Assembly (NCBI GenBank): GCA_035623825.1
Contig: DASPSR010000008.1
Location: 1-64,000, forward strand
Length of the DNA: 64,000 bases
Direction: 5' to 3'
DNA from: Nitrospirota bacterium
GTDB taxonomy: Bacteria > Nitrospirota > UBA9217
The position numbers and the translations under genes were made by a program. The notes below the pieces were generated by a model, which saw only the letters and a list, made by a program, of their open reading frames with translations, was not told the DNA's origin and made no database searches. Position 1 is the first letter of the stretch. Every line of letters starts with the position of its first letter. Shown here piece after piece: positions 1 through 11,827 of the stretch.

Positions 1-191
1 GCGTCGTGCTGCCCGCCTATGACTACTGCCTCAAGTGCTCGCACACGTTCAACCTGCTCGACGCGGCGGGTGCGATCAGCGTGACCGAGCGCACGGGCTA
101 CATCGCCCGCGTGCGGAAGCTGGCCCGCGCCTGCGCGCATGCGTACCTGGCCGAGCGGGAGGCGAAGGGGTTCCCGTTGCTGAAAAAGTAG
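1..191 (+). CDS. glyQ: glycine--tRNA ligase alpha subunit, C-terminal part (truncated by window start)
   Basis: [35 protein letters not shown] motif of the GlyQ C-terminus; lies directly before glyS. Confidence 0.95.
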   Translation, partial: VVLPAYDYCLKCSHTFNLLDAAGAISVTERTGYIARVRKLARACAHAYLAEREAKGFPLLKK

Positions 192-278
192 GGGGCGGGG
201 AAACAGGCGCCGGTCTTTCTCTCTCGCGCCCTGTGCACTCTCCGAGGAAAACAGAGTTTTGGATTGTTGGGGTGTCTT

Positions 279-2366
279 TTGGCAAAAGAATTCTTATTAG
301 AGGTTGGGACCGAAGAGATTCCGTCCCGGTTCATTTCTCCGGCTCTGGAGAAGATGAGGGAGCTCTTTGCCGCGCTCCTGGCCTCGGGCCGCATCACGAA
401 CGAGGCCGGCTCGATCCAGACTTTCGGAACGCCCCGCCGCCTCGTGCTCTTTGCGCCACAGCTCGCCGAGCGGCAGCAGGACATCTCGAAAGAAGTCGTC
501 GGCCCTCCGAAAAAAGTTGCCTTCGGCGCTGACGGCAGTCCCACGAAGGCGGCGACGGTCTTCGCTGATAAGAATGGGATTCCCGTCAGTGCGCTTGAGG
601 TCAAGTCCACGGACAAGGGCGAGTACATGGTCGCCCGCATCGATAAAAAAGGCGGCGATACCGCGGACTGGCTCAGTCAGGCGCTGCCGGGGTTCATCCT
701 TTCCATCCCGTTCCAGAAGACCATGCGCTGGATGGACAAGGACATCCGCTTCGCCCGGCCGATCCACTGGATACTTGCCCTCTGGGGCGGTTCTGTGGTA
801 AATTTTGAACTGAACGGCATCAGGAGCGGCAACCTTTCGCGCGGTCACCGGTTCATGAGCCCCGGGGCTTTCATAGTGAAGGACTTCAAGACCTACAGCA
901 CGCAGACAGAGCCGAACTCCGTTGTCATCGATCCCGAGGTCCGGAAGCAGAGGATCGTGAAGCAAGCCCGGGAACTGGCCCAGGCAAAGGGCGGCACGGT
1001 GCTCGATGACCCCGGGCTCGTGGAGGAAGTGGCGAACCTCGTGGAGTACCCGGTGGCGGTCATGGGCTCCTTCAGCAAGGAATATCTCAGAGTGCCGAAA
1101 GAGGTCCTGATCACGGCCATGCGGGAGCACCAGCGCTATTTCAGCGTGGCGGCTTCCGACGGCGATCTCCTTCCCTGTTTCATCACGATCAGCAACACCC
1201 GCGCCGAGGACATGGAAGTCGTGCGCGCCGGAAACGAGCGGGTGCTCGCGGCGCGGCTCTCGGACGCGGCCTACTTCTTCGATCACGACGTGAAGCAGCC
1301 GCTTGCCGACCGGGTCGAAGGGCTCAAGAAGGTCACCTACCAGGAAAAGCTCGGCACGGTCTATGACAAGATTGAGCGGGTGAAGGCGCTTTCGGCCTAT
1401 CTCGCCGGCCACCTGGACGCCGACAAAAACGTCTCGGAGAGGGCTGCCTATCTATGCAAGGCAGACCTGCTCACCGGCATAGTAGGCGAGTTCCCCAAGC
1501 TCCAGGGCGTGATGGGAAGGCAGTACGCCCTCATCTCGGGCGAGGACCCGCGCGTCGCGGAGGCCATCCTTGAACACTACCTGCCTCGTTATGCCGGCGA
1601 CAAGCTGCCGGCATCACCCGAAGGCGTGTGCGTCGGGATCGCGGACCGGATCGATTCGATCACGGGATGCTTTTCGGCGGGCCTTATCCCGAGCGGTTCC
1701 GAGGACCCCTACGGTCTGCGCCGTCAGTCCGTGGCCATCCTGAACATATTGATGGAACGGGGGCTTCGGCTCTCGCTCTCTGACTTGATCTCCACAGCGT
1801 GCAGGCAATACAGGCTCAAGAAGAAAGATGCCGCGACGGTCGGATCCGGAACGCTCGACTTCTTCCGTCAGCGGCTGGCGGGCATGCTCGCGTCGGAGGG
1901 GCTCCGCAGCGATATCGTGGACGCTGCGCTGTCCGTCGGATTTGACGATCCGCTCATCGGGAGGGAGAAGGTGCGGGCGCTCGATGCCCTGCGGACTTCG
2001 GAAGATTACCAGCCGCTGGTCACCGCTCTCAAGCGGGCGGGCAATATCCTTCCTAAAGAGTTCACGGGCACGGTCAAGAAGGGCCTCCTGAAGCAGGAGG
2101 CGGAGCAGGGCCTCTATGCCGCTTATATGGAGATCAGGGACCGGGTGATGGAAAAGACGTCGAAGCTCGACTTTCGGGGAGCGCTCGCCGATATCGCATC
2201 GCTCAGAAGGCACGTGGACGCTTTCTTCGACACGGTCATGGTCATGGACAAGGACGCCGAGGTGAAGAACAACCGTCTGGCGCTCCTCGCGGGCATCACC
2301 GGGCTCTTCTCGGGCATCGCGGACTTCTCGCGACTGGTGCTCGGCACGGAAGAATCAAAAAGCTGA
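279..2366 (+). CDS. glyS: glycine--tRNA ligase beta subunit
   Basis: LLEVGTEEIP, TPRRL, RFARPIHW, EFPKLQG, GSEDPYGLRR and NNRLALL motifs; TTG start at 279 preferred (ORF opens at 264). Confidence 0.96.
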   Translation: MAKEFLLEVGTEEIPSRFISPALEKMRELFAALLASGRITNEAGSIQTFGTPRRLVLFAPQLAERQQDISKEVVGPPKKVAFGADGSPTKAATVFADKNGIPVSALEVKSTDKGEYMVARIDKKGGDTADWLSQALPGFILSIPFQKTMRWMDKDIRFARPIHWILALWGGSVVNFELNGIRSGNLSRGHRFMSPGAFIVKDFKTYSTQTEPNSVVIDPEVRKQRIVKQARELAQAKGGTVLDDPGLVEEVANLVEYPVAVMGSFSKEYLRVPKEVLITAMREHQRYFSVAASDGDLLPCFITISNTRAEDMEVVRAGNERVLAARLSDAAYFFDHDVKQPLADRVEGLKKVTYQEKLGTVYDKIERVKALSAYLAGHLDADKNVSERAAYLCKADLLTGIVGEFPKLQGVMGRQYALISGEDPRVAEAILEHYLPRYAGDKLPASPEGVCVGIADRIDSITGCFSAGLIPSGSEDPYGLRRQSVAILNILMERGLRLSLSDLISTACRQYRLKKKDAATVGSGTLDFFRQRLAGMLASEGLRSDIVDAALSVGFDDPLIGREKVRALDALRTSEDYQPLVTALKRAGNILPKEFTGTVKKGLLKQEAEQGLYAAYMEIRDRVMEKTSKLDFRGALADIASLRRHVDAFFDTVMVMDKDAEVKNNRLALLAGITGLFSGIADFSRLVLGTEESKS

Positions 2367-2563
2367 TGGTCTCGAAGTACGAAGATACAAGGGAGACGGA
2401 GAAGCGCCAAATTACGCGTGACTGCCGGCTCTTTGCTGAGCCGCCATGTTGAATCCGGTTGTTGTCTGTCATCCTGTAATTCGGTCTCTTATTGTCCTTG
2501 TGTCCGAGTGTCTTTGCGGCTGAAAAAATTAAACGGGAAACTATTTCCAGGGAGGATAGTCAG

Positions 2564-5245
<2,682 letters not shown>

Positions 5246-5262
5246 TAATGAACGGGCAATCG

Positions 5263-5293
5263 ATAAGGCGGCGTAAGCCGCCTTTATTTTTTT
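5263..5293 (+). terminator. intrinsic terminator after ppdK
   Basis: AAGGCGGC-GTAA-GCCGCCTT hairpin followed by a T-rich tract. Confidence 0.85.
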
Positions 5294-5406
5294 ATTGAGG
5301 AAGCGTTTTTTAACCGCTGCGGGCGCGGGGGAATGTTTGATCGAGGCGGTATCCGCGGAGAACCCTGAACCGATTTCCCCCCCTTTGCGCACGTCCCAGG
5401 AAACCA

Positions 5407-6504
5407 ATGAGTTCGATTGACGAAAATTATATGCGCATGGCCCTGCGGCTGGCGGAGAAGGCCAGGGGCAGGACGAGCCCGAACCCGATGGTAGGAGCCG
5501 TCGTCGTGAAAGGCGGCAGGGTCATCAGCAGAGGCTATCACCGGAGGGCCGGCGAACCCCATGCCGAGGCCATTGCGCTCAAGAAAGCGGGAGCGGCGGC
5601 CAAAGGCGCCACGCTTTATGTCACGCTCGAGCCCTGCTCGCATACGAACAAGCGCACTCCGCCCTGTTCTCCGGTCGTCATAAAGAGCGGGGTGAAAAGA
5701 ATCGTGGTCGCGATGATCGATCCGAACCCCCACGTCTCAGGCGGCGGGGTCAAGGCCCTTCGGTCCGCTGGTATCGAGGTCGTGACGGGCGTGCTTGAAG
5801 CAGAGGCCAAGAAGCTGAACGAGATCTTCATCAAACATGTTACCGCCGGTATGCCCTTCGTCACGCTCAAGATCGCGCAAACCCTGGACGGCAAGATCGC
5901 GACTGCCTCCGGGGAGTCGAAGTGGATTACCGGGAAGGAAGCGCGGGAGGAGGGGCACCGGCTTCGCGACACCCATGATGCAATTCTCGTCGGCATCAAT
6001 ACCGTCCTGAAGGACGATCCGGCGCTGACCTGCAGGATCCCCGGCGGCCGTGATCCTATTCGCGTTATCGTCGATACCAGGCTGAGAACCCCGCTGAACG
6101 CGAAGGTGATCGCTCAGAGGTCGTCTGCAAAAACATACATCGCCACGCTCCCCGGACCGCCGAAGGAGAATTTCAGCAAGCTTCTGGCTGCCGGCGCCGA
6201 GATACTGATAGCCAGGGGCACGAGAGGCCATATCGACCTGAGGTCCCTCATGAAGATGCTCGTGAGATTCGGCGTCACCTCGGTGCTCATCGAAGGAGGC
6301 GCCGAGGTGAACGCTTCGGCCCTGAGATCCGGCATCGTCGACAAGGTCGTGATGTTCATCGCGCCCGCGATCATGACCGGCAGGGATTCGCTCTGCTCGA
6401 TAGGGGGCATATCGCCAAAGAAACTCGGCCACGCTATCAGGCTCGCGGATGTCACGTCGCGTTTTGTCGGCCGGGACCTGATGGTCGAGGGGTATATCAG
6501 GTAA
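5407..6504 (+). CDS. ribD: riboflavin biosynthesis deaminase/reductase RibD
   Basis: SPNPMVGAV, HAE, TLEPC..PPC zinc motifs; reductase motifs TLDGKIAT..SKWIT and LIEGG. Confidence 0.96.
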   Translation: MSSIDENYMRMALRLAEKARGRTSPNPMVGAVVVKGGRVISRGYHRRAGEPHAEAIALKKAGAAAKGATLYVTLEPCSHTNKRTPPCSPVVIKSGVKRIVVAMIDPNPHVSGGGVKALRSAGIEVVTGVLEAEAKKLNEIFIKHVTAGMPFVTLKIAQTLDGKIATASGESKWITGKEAREEGHRLRDTHDAILVGINTVLKDDPALTCRIPGGRDPIRVIVDTRLRTPLNAKVIAQRSSAKTYIATLPGPPKENFSKLLAAGAEILIARGTRGHIDLRSLMKMLVRFGVTSVLIEGGAEVNASALRSGIVDKVVMFIAPAIMTGRDSLCSIGGISPKKLGHAIRLADVTSRFVGRDLMVEGYIR

Positions 6505-6542
6505 CCACGGGCCCCTGTTATCCTTTCGGGAACAATATCCCC

Positions 6543-7220
6543 ATGCCTTTTTCCGCATCCGACATCAAAGAAGCCCTGAAGGGCGATGAGATCAGCCACG
6601 TGCTCCTTGACATGGACGGGACGCTGCTGGACAAATATTTCGACGATTATTTCTGGGAGCATCTCGTCCCGGAGAAGTACGCGGACCGGCACGGCATGAC
6701 GTTCGGGAAAGCAAAGGAGGATCTCCTCAAGAGATACAAGTCGCACGAGGAGACGCTGAACTGGACTGACATCGATTTCTGGTCAATGGAGCTCGGGCTC
6801 GACATCCTGGCGCTCAAGGAGCAGATACGGCACCTCATCGAGGTGCATCCCCATGTAGAGGATTTCCTTAAGATGATGATGTCCCGAAGGAAGAAGGTCT
6901 ACATCGCCACCAATGCCCACTATAAGGTGCTGGACATGAAGCTCAGGAAGACCGACCTTGGAAAATACCTGACCGGCTCCATCACTTCGGATCAGTTGGG
7001 CTCACCGAAGGAGAAGCTGGAGTTCTGGCAGCAGGCCGAGAGGCGGCTCGGGTTCCGAAGGGAGCATACCCTGTTCGTGGACGATACGCTGGCTGTCCTT
7101 GCCACGGCAAAAGGATACGGCATCAAGTACGTCCTCTACAAGGCTCTGGGCAATTCCAAGGTGAAACCCGGCACCTCTCGAGAGTTCCCGACGATCCTGG
7201 ATTTCAATGAGCTGATGTGA
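6543..7220 (+). CDS. HAD-superfamily phosphatase (YrfG/GMP-IMP nucleotidase-like)
   Basis: LLDMDGTLLD motif I, TNAH, PKE and FVDD motifs. Confidence 0.85.
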   Translation: MPFSASDIKEALKGDEISHVLLDMDGTLLDKYFDDYFWEHLVPEKYADRHGMTFGKAKEDLLKRYKSHEETLNWTDIDFWSMELGLDILALKEQIRHLIEVHPHVEDFLKMMMSRRKKVYIATNAHYKVLDMKLRKTDLGKYLTGSITSDQLGSPKEKLEFWQQAERRLGFRREHTLFVDDTLAVLATAKGYGIKYVLYKALGNSKVKPGTSREFPTILDFNELM

Positions 7221-7381
7221 ACAGCCGTTTGCCTTTCTTGCAACGAACGATTCTCCCCCTACCAGTAACTGTAAGCAAACATATTCTTTCCGGCCTCGCG
7301 GAGCATCCTCAGGAGATAAAATCTCGAGTCGGGTTATCATCAGGAACGAACTGGCGGCGGGAGAATCTCATTGCGACTTTT

Positions 7382-7783
7382 CTACATGCTGTGGATAAGA
7401 TACAGGAGCAGGAACAAGCCGATCACTATGACCGACATGGCGAGGAGCACGCTCAAAACGGGCGAAGGCACGTACGTATCATCATCGATCTGGCGCTCGA
7501 CCTTCTTATATCTGATGAATGCGAGCACTCCCATGAGCATGCCCAGCCCCACCAGGAGGATCCCGATGAGGGAGGAGTATCCCGGGGCGGGCGGCGTGGC
7601 CTGTTTTCCCATGTAATACGCCATCTGCTTCACGAAGAGCGAGAACTTCTCGACGACGAACCCGAATGCCATGACGGCAATGCTCGTTCTGATCCAGGCG
7701 AGGAATGTCCGCTCATTCGCCATATGGACGCGGCGGTTGTGGCCACCCTTCGATTCTTTTTCTTCTCGCGCTTCCGGCGCCAT
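7382..7783 (-). CDS. DUF202 (YidH-like) inner membrane protein
   Basis: HMANERTFLAWIRT signature followed by three hydrophobic helices. Confidence 0.9.
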   Translation of the reverse strand: MAPEAREEKESKGGHNRRVHMANERTFLAWIRTSIAVMAFGFVVEKFSLFVKQMAYYMGKQATPPAPGYSSLIGILLVGLGMLMGVLAFIRYKKVERQIDDDTYVPSPVLSVLLAMSVIVIGLFLLLYLIHSM

Positions 7784-7807
7784 GCGCTCCTCCCGCCCGG
7801 GGACCCG

Positions 7808-8395
7808 TTACCCTGACATGAATTTGAATATGCCGCTTCTGATCATTTTCACGGCAAAGGCTGCCAGGATCAACGACGCAACCTTGGCAAAGGCGCGGGA
7901 GCCGCTTAAGCCCATGAACCTGATGATCCTGTCCGCCTGCGCGAATATGACCCACGCGATGAACAGGTTGACGACAAGGGAAAGGATGACGGGAAGGTAG
8001 CCGTTCGTGCCGACCAGGACGAGGGCTGTCGTGAGCGTTCCCGGCCCCGCGATGAGCGGCGTGCCGAGCGGCACCACGCCGAATTCCGGACCCCGTTCCA
8101 GCTGCCTCTCGCCTGCCCGGACCACGTCGGTAATGGCGATGATCAAGAGCACGACGCCGCCGGCGATCATGAAATCCTCGACCAGTATGCCTAAGGCATG
8201 GAAGACCGCCCGTCCCACCAGGATAAAGCCCACCGCCACCAGAAACGCGGTGATGATGGACTGGCGCACGATCCTTGTCCGCTCCTCTTTCTCCATGCCT
8301 TCCGTCATGCCCACGTAGAGGGGCAGCGTCCCCGGCGCGTCCAACGCCACCATGATCGGGATGAAGCTCAGCAGAAATTGTTTCAGCAGTTCCAT
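7808..8395 (-). CDS. MarC family membrane protein
   Basis: Six TM segments; IAGGVVLL and VVPLGTPLIAGPG motifs. Confidence 0.9.
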   Translation of the reverse strand: MELLKQFLLSFIPIMVALDAPGTLPLYVGMTEGMEKEERTRIVRQSIITAFLVAVGFILVGRAVFHALGILVEDFMIAGGVVLLIIAITDVVRAGERQLERGPEFGVVPLGTPLIAGPGTLTTALVLVGTNGYLPVILSLVVNLFIAWVIFAQADRIIRFMGLSGSRAFAKVASLILAAFAVKMIRSGIFKFMSG

Positions 8396-8618
8396 AGTAT
8401 CCAGTCAGGGCAATCCGTTCCATGTGATGTGAACACGTCTTGCGGCCGTGCACACAGTATAGCCGATATTACATGACGTGTCCAGCTTCAGAAACCGCGC
8501 TGGCGCATTGCATGCTCCGTCGCCGCCCCGCAAAAAATTGAGATAGGGATATGCGTAACAGGCTTGCTCAGCTGATGATCATGCTTTCCGTTTTTAAAAG
8601 GAAAATGACTGCACGGCT

Positions 8619-8634
8619 CGGCACAGACTTTGCA
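8619..8634 (+). promoter_or_regulatory. candidate sigma54 (-24/-12) promoter
   Basis: CGGCACAGACTTTGCA = GG-N10-GC, close to the TGGCAC-N5-TTGCW consensus. Confidence 0.55.
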
Positions 8635-8685
8635 ATGATTTTCTTTCATTCACATGAAATTGCAATTATATATTTTTATCAAACC

Positions 8686-8715
8686 TTGACTAGAATGATT
8701 CTAATTTGCTATATT
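8686..8715 (+). promoter_or_regulatory. candidate sigma70 promoter with a palindrome in the spacer
   Basis: TTGACT-N18-TATATT with extended TGn; TAGAAT-G-ATTCTA palindrome at 8691-8703. Confidence 0.45.
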
Positions 8716-8961
8716 TGATTTAGTTTTTTAACGGCCATTTTCATCCACAGAGAAGGCAAAATAACAAAATAATGCAATTTCACCGATGATGGTCCCGGAG
8801 ATGTACAATCAGTTGCACCTTCTTTAATAATGAACGGTCATTTCTCAATGTAGGAAGTCCGGAAAAATAATGTTTATAAGTGAGGTATTAACGGAACAAT
8901 AGATATCACGTTCTTCGTTTCATCCAATCCCGAATCATTTTTAAGAAGTGTTTTCAATGAA

Positions 8962-9046
8962 GTCCCGAAAAAGCCAAACCCTCCGTGAGGAGGATGCGGA
9001 AAGCCGCGGGTCTTCTTAATTTGAAGATGGCCGAGCCGCCGAAGGA
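8962..9046 (+). ncRNA. cyclic di-GMP-I (GEMM) riboswitch
   Basis: GCCAAACCCTCC-GTGA-GGAGGATGCGG-AAAGCC-GCGGGTC...GATGGCCGAGCCGCCGA matches GEMM-I architecture: GNRA-capped P2, AAA internal loop, P3 and closing P1 (TCCCG/CG-AA-GGA). Confidence 0.85.
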
Positions 9047-9279
9047 TGCAATCGTTTGGCATGTTCGGCTATTTTTGTTTTGAAAGGAGGCGATGCCTAT
9101 AGATTTAGCAACTCTTTGCCAGAAAATGAAAAAAATTGAACAGAGGAACGGTGGAAAATGTTTCTTCAAAGATGCGAAAGGAGGTGCAGCATAATAATCA
9201 TTAAATTAAGGTGAGGCAGCAGAGGCTCTTGGGAAGTCAACAGTACCATGAGGGTTTTTCAGCAAGAACGGAGGGTAGT

Positions 9280-11520
9280 ATGATGGCGAGACGATTTATA
9301 AAATGCGTAACGGTCTTTGTTGCTGCGCTCGCTCTGGTTTGCGGGTTCGGTGTCAACTTTGCGAAGGCCTTCTATCAAAGCCCGCAAATCCCGCTCTACC
9401 AGATGACGCTGCGCGGCGTCGAGACTATCCCGGTGGCCGCACCGGATTCCCTTCCCGCACCGGTCACAGGGGTAACCCATTACTCGATCAACATAAATCA
9501 GTTTCAAGACAACCTCACCCCGAATTTGGGCCCGACGACCCTTTGGGGCTACGATCCCGTCGTCAAGCTCGTTCCTGGCACTACTCAGCATCATCTCGGC
9601 GGGATCATCGTTGGAAAGAAGGGAGTGCCGATACAGATAACTTTCACCAACAATCTGCCAGGCGTGAGTCCCATTCCGATCGACATTACCATTCCTGGGG
9701 CAAACCAGGATCAGGACCGCGCTGCCGTCCACTTTCACGGCGGCCATGTCCCCTGGATAAGCGACGGCGGCCCCTTTGACTGGTTCACGCATGACGGCAA
9801 ACATGGCCTTAGCTTCCTGAACAACGTGCTGAACCCGGGTGCGGCCCCTAATCAGGCCGAGTACTATTACCCCCTGGACCAGAGCGCCAGGTTCGGATGG
9901 TATCACGACCATGCATGGGGCATCACCCGTACGAATGCGTACGCAGGGGTGGCCTCCGGGCTGATCATCCGCGACGACTTTGAGAAGGGTTTGATCAGCA
10001 AGGGTCTGCCGAATTACATCGAGCTCGGCGGTAATGAAATCCCCCTCATTTTCCAGGATAAGATATTCGTGGGCTCGGATATCATGACTGCTGATCCTAC
10101 ATGGACCGGAGTTCAGTCCTCCGGAAGTCTCTGGTACGCACATACCTACGAAGCGAACCAGGCGGACGGCACCGGCCGGTGGGACCTCGGGCCAATCCTG
10201 ACGACTCCGCCGCCGGATCCGTCTGTCGTTGCCGAGTTCTTCGGCGATACAATGCTGGTTAACGGCACGGCTTACCCGACAGCAACTGTTCAGGCGCGCC
10301 GCTATCGTCTGCGCATCCTGAATGCCTGTAACGCCCGGTTCCTTAACCTCCAGCTCTATATCGCTGACAATAGTCCTGAGGGGATCACATTGGTAAATGG
10401 TGCTCCGACCAACAAGCCGTTTATTAACGCTGCAACCAAGGCTGCATCCTTCCTGCAGTTAGGCACTGAGGGCGGCTTCCTGGCCAAGCCGGTTACCGTC
10501 CCCTCGAACCAGCCGATGATTTTCTTGCCCGGTGCGATCGATCCGGTTACGGGACAGGCGAACCCATCGCTGATGTTGAAGTCGCTCCTTATGGCGCCTG
10601 CAGAGAGGACTGACGTCATCGTCGACTTCAGCAGTGTTGCGCCGGGAACAGCGGTAGTTCTCTACAGTGATGCGCCGGCACCGTTCCCGTCAGGAGACGA
10701 CCGGAACGACTACTTCCCGGGGTACAATGTTGGAAGCGGTCTTTTCGGGATCGGAAATCCGGTCAACGGGATTACGACCCCGGGCTATGGCCCCAATACC
10801 CGGGTCCTGATGAAGTTCATGGTTGTTGCGGCATCAGGCACTCCAGACAATACGCTCAGGATCACCCCGAAAACAGACCTGACAGCCGGCAATGATCCGC
10901 TTCTCGTCCCTGCCGGCTCAACAACTCCGCCTTGCGGTGTCTACAGGCGGTTCCTGACCCTGAACGAGTACTTTGACGAACACGGCAGGCTGATCCAGAT
11001 CCTCGGTGATTCCAATGCGCCCTATGGATCGCCCTATGTAGTAACAGCGAGTTTCTCACCAAACCCTCCGGGTGCAAATGTACCTGCAACTGAGGAGAAC
11101 GTGCGTTTTGGAACTGAGGAAGTGTGGGAGATCTACAACACAACCGGCGACGTTCATCCGATGCATTTCCACCTGGTGAATGTCCAGATCATCAACCGGC
11201 AGCTGTTTGACGAAAGCTCATTCCCGGGTGCAATCAACTTCACAGGTCCCGTCATCCCGCCGGATCCGAACGAGATAGGCTATAAAGAGACAGTTCGGAT
11301 GTATCCAGGTACGGTGACGAGGGTCGTTATGAAATTCAATGTTGCGCTCATCACAGACCCGACCGGGAAACCCATCACTACCAAGAATAGGAAAGGTCCG
11401 AACATTGTTCTTGGGATTGCGCCTCCCAGCCCGCGCACGGGCGGTAGCGAGTATGTGTGGCATTGCCACATTCTGGAGCATGAAGAGCATGATATGATGC
11501 ACGCCCTGGTTGTGTGGTAA
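9280..11520 (+). CDS. secreted multicopper oxidase (CotA/bilirubin oxidase-like)
   Basis: All four Cu motifs present: HFHGG, WYHDH, HPMHFH, HCHILEHEEHDMM; N-terminal signal peptide; RBS before ATG 9280. Confidence 0.92.
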   Translation: MMARRFIKCVTVFVAALALVCGFGVNFAKAFYQSPQIPLYQMTLRGVETIPVAAPDSLPAPVTGVTHYSININQFQDNLTPNLGPTTLWGYDPVVKLVPGTTQHHLGGIIVGKKGVPIQITFTNNLPGVSPIPIDITIPGANQDQDRAAVHFHGGHVPWISDGGPFDWFTHDGKHGLSFLNNVLNPGAAPNQAEYYYPLDQSARFGWYHDHAWGITRTNAYAGVASGLIIRDDFEKGLISKGLPNYIELGGNEIPLIFQDKIFVGSDIMTADPTWTGVQSSGSLWYAHTYEANQADGTGRWDLGPILTTPPPDPSVVAEFFGDTMLVNGTAYPTATVQARRYRLRILNACNARFLNLQLYIADNSPEGITLVNGAPTNKPFINAATKAASFLQLGTEGGFLAKPVTVPSNQPMIFLPGAIDPVTGQANPSLMLKSLLMAPAERTDVIVDFSSVAPGTAVVLYSDAPAPFPSGDDRNDYFPGYNVGSGLFGIGNPVNGITTPGYGPNTRVLMKFMVVAASGTPDNTLRITPKTDLTAGNDPLLVPAGSTTPPCGVYRRFLTLNEYFDEHGRLIQILGDSNAPYGSPYVVTASFSPNPPGANVPATEENVRFGTEEVWEIYNTTGDVHPMHFHLVNVQIINRQLFDESSFPGAINFTGPVIPPDPNEIGYKETVRMYPGTVTRVVMKFNVALITDPTGKPITTKNRKGPNIVLGIAPPSPRTGGSEYVWHCHILEHEEHDMMHALVVW

Positions 11521-11583
11521 CATCGCGGGCCGACGGCCCGGCAGCATCTTGTCGCCATGAACCATGTCATGCCATGCTGGTGC

Positions 11584-11619
11584 GAAAAGCCCCGCGGTTT
11601 TCGCGGGGCTTTTCTTTTC
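11584..11619 (+). terminator. intrinsic terminator after the multicopper oxidase (possibly bidirectional)
   Basis: GAAAAGCCCCGCG-GTTTT-CGCGGGGCTTTTC followed by TTTTC. Confidence 0.85.
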
Positions 11620-11827
11620 GTTTGCGGCTGCGGCAGAGCATGCCGTGATTTAAAAGACAGTCGCAAAAACCCCGAGATGTTCCGTCCTCCGCGCGAGGAG
11701 GGCAGAAGAGAAGAGCAGGAGAGGGGTCCATCGTTTTTTTGCACATGCAAGAGTTCACTGACTCCTCGTTTACAAAAGGCGTTATATAGGATTTTGAGTT
11801 CCGCGTTACTGCCGAGAGGTGATTTTC

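Noticed and set aside
7217-7816. 199-aa plus-strand ORF
   Set aside because: Antisense of the well-supported DUF202 gene
8501-8516. Additional GG-N10-GC sigma54-like site TGGCGCATTGCATGCT
   Set aside because: Weaker -12 element (ATGC) than the 8619 site; cannot be supported independently
8742-8800. Second GEMM-like start (AGAAGGCAAAATAAC)
   Set aside because: No P2 stem, GNRA loop or AAAGCC junction follows
8962-9046. cGAMP-selective (GEMM-Ib) assignment of the riboswitch
   Set aside because: The discriminator position reads G, not A, by my manual alignment
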